From Lachnospiraceae bacterium (GTDB taxonomy: Bacteria; Bacillota; Clostridia; Lachnospirales; Lachnospiraceae): a stretch of 64,000 nucleotides of DNA. The stretch is taken from contig CAAFXG010000316.1 of NCBI GenBank assembly GCA_900766925.1, positions 3,735 through 67,734 of the forward strand, read 5' to 3'. A program made the position numbers and the translations under genes. Below the pieces are notes generated by a model. It ran no database searches. It was not told where the DNA came from and saw nothing but the letters and a program-made list of their open reading frames with translations. Shown here piece by piece: positions 56,747 to 64,000 of the stretch (position 1 is the stretch's first letter; each line of letters opens with the position of its first letter).

Positions 56747-57833
56747 TTTCAAATTACTTGCACTTGTACTTATTGAGGTAATCATAGGTATTGTTATTGT
56801 AAACAGTGCAGACAGTTCATTTACATCAAGGCATATACCCGGGGCCTTAGCAGGTCTGTTTGCAATGCTGTTTCTTTCGGTTGTAAATTATGATTTTGTA
56901 TGTAAATTTGCATATGTATATTACATTATCAATACCGTGCTCCTGCTGCTTGTACTTCTTGTAGGCGTAAATGTCAATAACGCCACCAGATGGATTTTGA
57001 TTGGTGGAGCAGGCGGAGTACAGTTCCAGCCTTCAGAGTTTTCAAAGCTGTTTATGATAATTTTCATAGCTGTATTTCTTGATAAATACAAAGAAAAAAA
57101 CCAGATTAACACCTTCAAATGTATTGCTTTTTTTGCATTATATGTCGGTATTACACTGATTTTAATTGTGAGTGAACCTGACCTTTCAACAACAATATGT
57201 CTTACACTGGTTATTGTGACCATGTTATATGTTTCAGGTTTAAGCTATAAAATAATTGGAATTGCACTGTTAATTCTTATTCCATTATCAGGTAGCTTTT
57301 TATGGTATATTCAGAGGCCTGACCAGGTATTACTCAAGGATTATCAGGTTGGACGTATTATGCAGTTTATATATCCAAGCCAGTATGGTACAGATTATTC
57401 ACAACAAAATAACTCTATTATGGCAATTGGCTCCGGACAGCTTACAGGTAAGGGTTTAAATACATCCACAATTGCAACCGTAAAGGATGCCAATTTTATT
57501 TCCGAACAACAGACTGACTTTATTTTTTCTGTCATTGGTGAGGAGCTTGGATTTGTTGGAAGTTTAATTATTATTGCAATTATACTCTTAATAGTGTTAC
57601 AATGTATTAGCGTAGGCAGAAATGCAAAGGATACAAAGGGTATGCTTATTGCAACCGGAATGGGTTGCTTAATTGCGTATCAGTCCTTTATTAACATAAG
57701 TGTAGCTACAGGGGTATTACCTAATACAGGTATTCCACTTCCATTTATCAGCTACGGCTTAAGTTCCCTGTTAAGTATCATGGCGGGAATGGGAATTGTA
57801 TTGAATATCAGCCTGCAGAGAGCAAAATACTAG
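56715..57833 (+). CDS. rodA: SEDS protein RodA
   Basis: QFQPSEFSKL, TDFIFSVIGEELGF and TGIPLPFISYG. Overlaps the minD 3' end by 32 nt. Confidence 0.85.
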   Translation: MFTKFNLRDYNFKLLALVLIEVIIGIVIVNSADSSFTSRHIPGALAGLFAMLFLSVVNYDFVCKFAYVYYIINTVLLLLVLLVGVNVNNATRWILIGGAGGVQFQPSEFSKLFMIIFIAVFLDKYKEKNQINTFKCIAFFALYVGITLILIVSEPDLSTTICLTLVIVTMLYVSGLSYKIIGIALLILIPLSGSFLWYIQRPDQVLLKDYQVGRIMQFIYPSQYGTDYSQQNNSIMAIGSGQLTGKGLNTSTIATVKDANFISEQQTDFIFSVIGEELGFVGSLIIIAIILLIVLQCISVGRNAKDTKGMLIATGMGCLIAYQSFINISVATGVLPNTGIPLPFISYGLSSLLSIMAGMGIVLNISLQRAKY

Positions 57834-57846
57834 AAGGAGAAAGCAT

Positions 57847-58245
57847 ATGAATATCGGTTTAATAGCACATGATACAAAGAAAAAGCTAATGCAGAATTTT
57901 TGCATTGCATACCGTGGTATATTAGCGCATCATGAATTATTTGCTACCGGAACCACAGGTCGTATGATAGAAGAAGTAACAAATCTTACTGTACACAAGT
58001 TTCTGGCCGGACATACAGGTGGTGAACAGCAGTTGGGTTCCATGATTGAAAGTAATGATTTGGATATGATGATTTTCTTACGTGATCCACAAACCAAGAA
58101 ATCTCATGAAGTGGATATAAATAACATTTTTACATTGTGCGATATACACAACATTCCGCTTGCGACAAATTTGGCAACTGCTGAGCTTATGATAAAAGCC
58201 TTAGACAGGGGTGACCTCGATTGGAGAGAACTGTTTAAGCATTAA
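57847..58245 (+). CDS. mgsA: Methylglyoxal synthase
   Basis: IALIAHD-type N-terminus (IGLIAHDTKK), ATGTTG and GHTGGEQQ. Confidence 0.9.
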   Translation: MNIGLIAHDTKKKLMQNFCIAYRGILAHHELFATGTTGRMIEEVTNLTVHKFLAGHTGGEQQLGSMIESNDLDMMIFLRDPQTKKSHEVDINNIFTLCDIHNIPLATNLATAELMIKALDRGDLDWRELFKH

Positions 58246-58260
58246 TATACAGGTGATTTA

Positions 58261-59244
58261 ATGTTCAAAAATATAATCAGGTATCTTACGGTTATAGCAG
58301 GATTAACGTTTATATTCTTAATTGTAACCAAAATCAATTGCGTAACAACCGACAAATATCCCGATTTGGATGAAATTTCCATCAAAGTTGATTCATCGAT
58401 TTGTCAGGTTGATTCTCTTGATGATGCGTTACATAATACCATTGTATACAGGAAAGGTGTTAATTCCGATTTATTTAAAAGCTGTAACTATGCATTATTT
58501 GTTGATGATACAACTAAATATGTTTATGCAAGTAAGAATGCACACAGACGTATGTATCCCGCAAGTATGACAAAATTTGTTACAGCCTCAGTTGTCTGTG
58601 ACAAAATTGAAGCGGGTGAGATAGGTTTAGATGATATGGTTACAATTACTCAGAGATATGATTTGACATATGAGGGGGTAGAGCCATGTCAGCTTACACC
58701 GGGCTGTAAGATTTCTGTCAAGGATTTACTTTACGGACTGCTGATTCAGTCCAATAATTATTATGCTATTATTCTTGCAGAATATGTGGCAGGTGACATA
58801 CCATCATTTTGCGACCTTATGAATTCAAAGGTTCAGAATATAGGAGCCACCAATTCACATTTTGCCAATCCACATGGATTAGACGATCCTGACCACTATA
58901 CAACTGCATACGACATATATTTAATAACCAAGGAAGCCTATAATCATGAGATAATCAGAAAAATTGATACCTTTGAAAAATATTCTTATTCATATTACAA
59001 TTCAAACGGAGAGTTAATTGCTGCTGATGCAGAATCAACTAATTTTTTTATGCTGGGATTAGCTGAATTGCCTGCAAACTATCAGATTGAAATATGGAAA
59101 ACAGGAACTACATCCGGAGCAGGTAACTGCCTGACCATGTACCTTACAAAGGATAACCATACCTACATTGTAATTGCATCATGTGACGATTCCAAAGCCA
59201 CATTGTATGATGCTATAATCAAGCTACTGTGTATGGTTGGTTAA
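58261..59244 (+). CDS. D-alanyl-D-alanine carboxypeptidase, S11 family (DacB-like)
   Basis: SxxK (PASMTK), SxN (QSNN), KTG (KTGTT), and an N-terminal TM/signal segment. Confidence 0.8.
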   Translation: MFKNIIRYLTVIAGLTFIFLIVTKINCVTTDKYPDLDEISIKVDSSICQVDSLDDALHNTIVYRKGVNSDLFKSCNYALFVDDTTKYVYASKNAHRRMYPASMTKFVTASVVCDKIEAGEIGLDDMVTITQRYDLTYEGVEPCQLTPGCKISVKDLLYGLLIQSNNYYAIILAEYVAGDIPSFCDLMNSKVQNIGATNSHFANPHGLDDPDHYTTAYDIYLITKEAYNHEIIRKIDTFEKYSYSYYNSNGELIAADAESTNFFMLGLAELPANYQIEIWKTGTTSGAGNCLTMYLTKDNHTYIVIASCDDSKATLYDAIIKLLCMVG

Positions 59245-59278
59245 CTATAAAATAAAATGCACTATGGAGGAAAATGGG

Positions 59279-59698
59279 ATGTTAGAATTAATTATCGGTG
59301 ACAAAGGAAAGGGTAAAACCCGCAAAATGGTGGAAAGGGCCAACAACGAAAACAAAATTACAAGTGGCTCTATAATCTATATTGACAAGAGCAACAAGCA
59401 CATGTACGAGTTAAGTAACTCCATCCGCCTTATTAATATGCATGATTACAATATAAATTCATATGATGCATTTGTAGGTTTTATTCAGGGGCTTATTTCT
59501 TCAAATTATTCGTTGACACATATTTTTTTAGACAATTTTATGACATTATTGTCTATTGAATCAGATCAACTGACACAGGCATTAGATGAGATGTATAATT
59601 TGTCAGAGAAATACGATATTACTTTTGTAATAAGCACAGCCGTAAATGAAAATGAAATTGACGACAAATACAAAGCAGGTATAATCTGTAAATTATAA
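59279..59698 (+). CDS. Hypothetical small protein with Walker-A-like GDKGKGKT
   Basis: 139 aa from ATG 59279 (GGAGG 8 nt upstream). It has a P-loop-like motif and a hydrophobic strand plus D (IFLDNF). The family is not recognised. Confidence 0.4.
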   Translation: MLELIIGDKGKGKTRKMVERANNENKITSGSIIYIDKSNKHMYELSNSIRLINMHDYNINSYDAFVGFIQGLISSNYSLTHIFLDNFMTLLSIESDQLTQALDEMYNLSEKYDITFVISTAVNENEIDDKYKAGIICKL

Positions 59699-59783
59699 TA
59701 TTGTAGTAACAGTATCGATAATTCCTTATCAAATGTAAGGGTATTATTTACAAATATAGTTTAGCAGAAGGTAGTGAGAACAG

Positions 59784-61166
59784 ATGGGGCAGAGAAATAA
59801 CCTTATTAAATTTAACAGAGATATAAAAATAAATGCTGCAACATGCGTTATTGCAGCTATTTTGTTGTATGTAATTATAAGTGTAGTTTCTGCCTTAAAT
59901 AAGGACCCGATAACAATCTATAAGGTCAGCAAAAGTAATGTAAGCAATAACATTACCTTAAATGGATTGATAATACGTGATGAAGAAGTAATAAAAGCCG
60001 GTAAATCCGGTTATGTATGCTATTACATAAGGGATGGTGCCAAGGTAAAAAAATCATCAACTGTTTGCACTATAGATGAAACAGGTCAGGTTTATGATGT
60101 AATAAATGATTCAGACGGTTATGAGGGAATTCTTACCACTGATGACTATAATGATGTGCGAGCTTTAATTTCATTGTATAAGGTATCATATAATGATGTA
60201 GAGTTCTATTCATCATACAATTTTGAAAACAATATAAACAACAAGGTTCTTGAGCTTACTAATGAGATAATAATGCAACAAATGAGTGATACCGGTAAGG
60301 GTGGGGCATCGCTTTCTGCTATTACATCACCTGACAGCGGTCTGGTGACATATTACATTGACGGATATGAAAATTTTGATATATCCAAAATAAGTCATGC
60401 ATATTTTGATCAGTCAAAATATGTTAAGCAGACGCTCAAAACCGGAGATATTGTTTCAGCAGACAGTGCAATAGTCAAGATAATTCCAAGTGAAAGCTGG
60501 AATATAGTTGCTCCAATTTCTACTGATCAGATAGAAGCAATATCTCAAAAATCCAAGATATCTTTTTATATTAATAACTCAAGCTATATAATTTCGATGC
60601 CATTTGAAATTATCGATGCCCAGGATGGTTCATACATTAACATCTCACTTAATAAGTATCTTGCAAACTTTTTATCTGAGAGGTTTGTATCAGTTGAAAT
60701 AATCATGGATGATGATACAGGATTAAAAGTACCTGTATCTGCAATTGTAAATAAGACTGTATACAAAATTCCGATTAACTATTTATCGGCAGGCGGTAAT
60801 CAGAACAGCTCAAACAGAATTAACATACAGATACGTGATGAAAAGAATGATATAACAATCAAACAGATTTCACCTACAATCTACAAAACAGATGAAAAGT
60901 ACTGTTATGTTGATCCACTTGCCTTTGAGGATACAGACGTTATTATTGATATAAATTCTAACAAAAATACGGCGGTATCCTTGCTTGAATCAGAAGAAAT
61001 TACAGGTGTATATGTCGCTAACAGGGGAACAGCTGAATTTAGAATGATTAATGTACTTAAGGTCGTTGATGAATTCGCCTTAGTTGAAAATGAAGGCGAG
61101 CTAAGTGCATATGATAACATTGTATTAGATGCATCAAAGGTTTCTGAAAATCAAATAATATATTAA
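59784..61166 (+). CDS. Membrane-anchored protein, weak HlyD/barrel-sandwich-like resemblance
   Basis: 460 aa with one N-terminal TM helix (AATCVIAAILLYVIISVVSAL) and a beta-rich remainder. The function call is weak. Confidence 0.4.
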   Translation: MGQRNNLIKFNRDIKINAATCVIAAILLYVIISVVSALNKDPITIYKVSKSNVSNNITLNGLIIRDEEVIKAGKSGYVCYYIRDGAKVKKSSTVCTIDETGQVYDVINDSDGYEGILTTDDYNDVRALISLYKVSYNDVEFYSSYNFENNINNKVLELTNEIIMQQMSDTGKGGASLSAITSPDSGLVTYYIDGYENFDISKISHAYFDQSKYVKQTLKTGDIVSADSAIVKIIPSESWNIVAPISTDQIEAISQKSKISFYINNSSYIISMPFEIIDAQDGSYINISLNKYLANFLSERFVSVEIIMDDDTGLKVPVSAIVNKTVYKIPINYLSAGGNQNSSNRINIQIRDEKNDITIKQISPTIYKTDEKYCYVDPLAFEDTDVIIDINSNKNTAVSLLESEEITGVYVANRGTAEFRMINVLKVVDEFALVENEGELSAYDNIVLDASKVSENQIIY

Positions 61167-61182
61167 ACAGAGGTGAATTAAA

Positions 61183-61875
61183 TTGTTAAAAGAAAACCTT
61201 GAACAGGTACAATCCAATATACGAAAGGCATGTGTTAGGTCAGGAAGAAATTATGACGATGTAACATTGATTGCTGTCAGTAAAACAAAACCACTTTCCG
61301 ACATTGAAGAGCTTATTACATATGGCATAGAGGAATATGGTGAAAATAAGGTTCAGGAGTTATGTGATAAATTCGAGAACGTATCCAGACCGGTAAATTG
61401 GCATCTTATTGGTCATCTTCAGACCAACAAGGTAAAATATATTGTCGATAAGGCATGTCTTATACACTCTGTTGATTCTTTACATTTAGCCAAAGAAATT
61501 GAAAAAGAGGCAGCCAAAAAGAATGTCATTGTAAATATACTTATTCAGGTAAACATAGCACATGAAGACACCAAATTTGGAATTTCAGAAGCTGAGGTAT
61601 ACGACCTGATTAATTCCATTAAAGCATTTGAACATATTAAAGTAAGAGGATTAATGACAATAGCACCATTTGTTGAAGATTCCGAGGAAAACCGCATTCA
61701 TTTTAGGAATTTGAACCAATTATTACTTGACATAAAATCAAAAAACATTGATAATATTGATATGAGTATACTATCTATGGGAATGACTAATGATTATGAA
61801 GTTGCCATCGAAGAAGGAGCAACCATGGTACGGGTTGGAACAGGAATTTTCGGTGCACGCAACTACAATATATAG
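61183..61875 (+). CDS. ylmE: YggS/YlmE family pyridoxal-phosphate homeostasis protein
   Basis: LIAVSKTK (PLP lysine), HLIGHLQTNK, and SMGMTNDYEVAIEEGATMVRVGTGIFG. TTG start with a GAGGTG RBS. Confidence 0.85.
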   Translation: MLKENLEQVQSNIRKACVRSGRNYDDVTLIAVSKTKPLSDIEELITYGIEEYGENKVQELCDKFENVSRPVNWHLIGHLQTNKVKYIVDKACLIHSVDSLHLAKEIEKEAAKKNVIVNILIQVNIAHEDTKFGISEAEVYDLINSIKAFEHIKVRGLMTIAPFVEDSEENRIHFRNLNQLLLDIKSKNIDNIDMSILSMGMTNDYEVAIEEGATMVRVGTGIFGARNYNI

Positions 61876-61892
61876 GTAAGGGAGACAGACTT

Positions 61893-62531
61893 ATGGCTAA
61901 AGAAGCAAACAAGAAAAGTTTTTTAGACTTTTTTAAAATGAAAGATTTAGATGATGATGACGAATTTGATGATGACTTATTTGACGATGATGATGACGAT
62001 GACGATGATGACGACGATTATGTACCTTCACGAGCTAAGGCAAAGCAGAGGAATACATATACAAGAGCATCTCAGGACAATTCTCAACCATCATATTCCA
62101 AGCCATCCTACAATCAGACTTCTTCATCGCAAAGCCAGAGTTACAGTTCTCAGAAGCCGCAGCCTGCAAGAACCACCGGTTCCAGCAAGTTAGTTGATTT
62201 CAACAATGGCAGGTCACAGAGAACGGAAAGTAGCAGGGGTAGAAGTGAAGTGTATGTTATCAAACCACAGGAAATCAGTGAGTCACAAACTGTCACAGAT
62301 TTTCTTAAAAGCGGTAGAACAATTGTAATTAATATGGAAGGGCTTGAGCTTGCACCTGCTCAGCGTATAATTGATTTTATTGGTGGTGCATGTTATGCAC
62401 TTAATGGTACATTGCAGGCAATTTCAGCAAACATTTTTATTGCAGCACCGGAAGCAATTGAAGTATCCGGAGATTTAAGGGAAGAGATTTTAAATGAGAC
62501 AACAGTTTCTCCTCAATTAGGACGTTACTGA
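61893..62531 (+). CDS. sepF: Cell division protein SepF with an acidic/disordered N-terminal half
   Basis: The C-terminal SepF core reads VYVIKPQEISESQTVTDFLKSGRTIVINMEGL...AQRIIDFIGGACYALNG. Confidence 0.85.
   Translation: MAKEANKKSFLDFFKMKDLDDDDEFDDDLFDDDDDDDDDDDDYVPSRAKAKQRNTYTRASQDNSQPSYSKPSYNQTSSSQSQSYSSQKPQPARTTGSSKLVDFNNGRSQRTESSRGRSEVYVIKPQEISESQTVTDFLKSGRTIVINMEGLELAPAQRIIDFIGGACYALNGTLQAISANIFIAAPEAIEVSGDLREEILNETTVSPQLGRY
61944..62018 (+). repeat. GAT/GAC low-complexity tract encoding the poly-Asp region of SepF
   Basis: Encodes DLDDDDEFDDDLF followed by 12 consecutive Asp codons (61983-62018). Confidence 0.9.
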
Positions 62532-62563
62532 TTACTTATGATTATACAAGGGGGATTTGCAGG

Positions 62564-63781
62564 ATGCTTACACCGGTTGACATTCAACAAAGAAAATTTC
62601 ATGTAGGCGTGGGTTATGACAAAAAGGATGTTAACACCTTTTTTGAGGAAGTAGCTACCAATTATGAACAGCTTTATCGTTCAAATGCTGAGCTTAAGGA
62701 TAAGGTTGCAACTTTAACTGATGCTTTACAGAATTATAAGTCAAAGGAATCTGAGCTTAACAAAGCTATTAAGCTGGCAGAAAAGGATTCTGAGGATGTA
62801 AAGACAAAGGCTCACAAAGAGGCCAAGAATATTGAATTAGATGCCAAAAATAAGGCTAAGGCAATTGTTGGAGATGCCGAAGTACGGCTTGAAGAGATTA
62901 AAGCCGAGATAACAATGCTTGAAACGCAGTATGCTGCATACAAATCGAATTTTGCATCTCTCATGAAAAAGCAATTTGAACAGCTTAAAGAAATTGATTT
63001 TGATGTGGATTCATACATAGACGATAGAGCTCTTACTCTTCTCGGTGGTAATTCCGCACCCAGACCATCATCTGCTGAAAACAGCTTTGGCTCATTTGAG
63101 GGTGATCCACAGATGAGAGATGAGTCAACTCTCGGTGGCATGAGTAACGGAGGAGCTTCATTTGGTTCCGTTGCAGACAAAAATAGCACGAGTGCTGTTT
63201 ATACCTCTGCACTTGGTGCCAATGAGGATTTTGTAGATCCATTTAATCCTGCATCAAACAACAGATATAATCCCTTTGAGGATACATCTGTTGATCATCG
63301 CAATACAAAGGCAGTTACGGGTAATTCGAATTTCAAGGTCAGCAAGGGTGACAGCTCCAAAAAATATAAGAGAACCGTACCAAATGCCAATACAAATAAG
63401 AATAATACAACAACAGCAAAGGCGTCTTCTCCCAGCTTAGACAGGCAGGCACCTAAAGCTACTGAAAAGCCTGTAAATACTGATAATATTAAATCTGGCA
63501 TCAAATCAGAGCCTCCAAAGGAACAGCTACAAAATAATGCAAATGATTCTATGTCTGATTTTAAAGGAAGCCGCAAAAATACCGTTGATACTTCAGGAGA
63601 AATACCAATAGTTCATTTATATCCAGATCACTCTGAGGATGAATTAACAACTGACAAGATTTCAGCCAAAAATAATGCAGATGAGGAACAACTTGTTGGT
63701 GATATCGAGGCTAAACCTTCAGGAGCTGCTCTAATTGGTGATGGTGAAGCTTCTGATGATGACGGATTTGAATTTATTTAA
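62564..63781 (+). CDS. divIVA: DivIVA with a long disordered C-terminal extension
   Basis: The N-terminus reads MLTPVDIQQRKFHVGVGYDKKDVNTFFEEV. A coiled coil follows, and the C-terminal roughly 230 aa are low complexity. Confidence 0.85.
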   Translation: MLTPVDIQQRKFHVGVGYDKKDVNTFFEEVATNYEQLYRSNAELKDKVATLTDALQNYKSKESELNKAIKLAEKDSEDVKTKAHKEAKNIELDAKNKAKAIVGDAEVRLEEIKAEITMLETQYAAYKSNFASLMKKQFEQLKEIDFDVDSYIDDRALTLLGGNSAPRPSSAENSFGSFEGDPQMRDESTLGGMSNGGASFGSVADKNSTSAVYTSALGANEDFVDPFNPASNNRYNPFEDTSVDHRNTKAVTGNSNFKVSKGDSSKKYKRTVPNANTNKNNTTTAKASSPSLDRQAPKATEKPVNTDNIKSGIKSEPPKEQLQNNANDSMSDFKGSRKNTVDTSGEIPIVHLYPDHSEDELTTDKISAKNNADEEQLVGDIEAKPSGAALIGDGEASDDDGFEFI

Positions 63782-63811
63782 TATCTGATTAATATATATA
63801 GGAGATTAAAG

Positions 63812-64000
63812 ATGAATGATTTAACAGTACATTATGATGGAAAGCCTATATACAATATAGTTTATTCAGATAATTTTGACGGACTTGGCAAGTTAATTAA
63901 CGAACTCGGATACAAAAACAGAAAAATATGTATTGTATCTGAGACTAATGTAGCATCCTTGTATATGGATGCTATATTGTTGTCTGTACAAAACTATTGT
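63812..64000 (+). CDS. aroB: 3-dehydroquinate synthase-like, N-terminal fragment (3' end outside window)
   Basis: RBS GGAG. YDGKPIYNIVYSDNFDGLGKLI...KICIVSETNVASLY resembles the AroB N-terminus. Only 63 codons are visible. Confidence 0.55.
   Translation, partial: MNDLTVHYDGKPIYNIVYSDNFDGLGKLINELGYKNRKICIVSETNVASLYMDAILLSVQNYC

Noticed and set aside
1-64000. CRISPR arrays, insertion sequences, prophage or integrative elements, rRNA genes
   Set aside because: Reading both strands and the ORF track showed no regularly spaced direct repeats, transposase, integrase or phage structural genes, or rRNA-like sequence.

Overview
The window looks like a chromosomal segment of a low-GC, spore-forming Firmicute. 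It is Clostridia-like, and the gene order and proteins resemble Lachnospiraceae, but taxonomy is inferred from protein resemblance only. About 55 genes are present, almost all on the + strand. Most are housekeeping. They include ruvB (3' part), zapA, a U32 peptidase, two SEDS/class-B-PBP pairs, radC-mreC-mreD-pbp2-minC-minD-rodA-mgsA, ylmE-sepF-divIVA, miaB-mutS-mutL-miaA, trxA-trxB, thiC, hflX, rsmF-like, recU, nadE and one tRNA-Leu(CAA). Sporulation and germination genes are spoIIGA-sigE (- strand) and a Csp-like subtilase. A more accessory-looking stretch (7-16 kb) holds sortase B, a Bce-like two-component system plus ABC transporter module, and a 901-aa Cys-repeat/LRR surface protein. I saw no CRISPR array, transposase, integrase, rRNA or prophage genes. 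Four things deserve a second look. (1) An 847-aa protein fuses a Tet(M)/EF-G-like translational GTPase to a C-terminal YacP/Rae1-type NYN ribonuclease domain. (2) A tightly packed nadE - long DHH/DHHA1 phosphoesterase - TIR-domain transmembrane beta-propeller-like gene string. (3) Two paralogous roughly 190-205 nt giant near-perfect hairpins (53 and 62 bp stems, A-tract and T-tract flanks) share a roughly 80-nt apical core in opposite orientation, and their stems differ in sequence but stay complementary. (4) A LysM YneA-like gene sits behind four tandem LexA (Cheo) boxes. All calls rest on reading the sequence and translations by eye. No database search or folding program was run.
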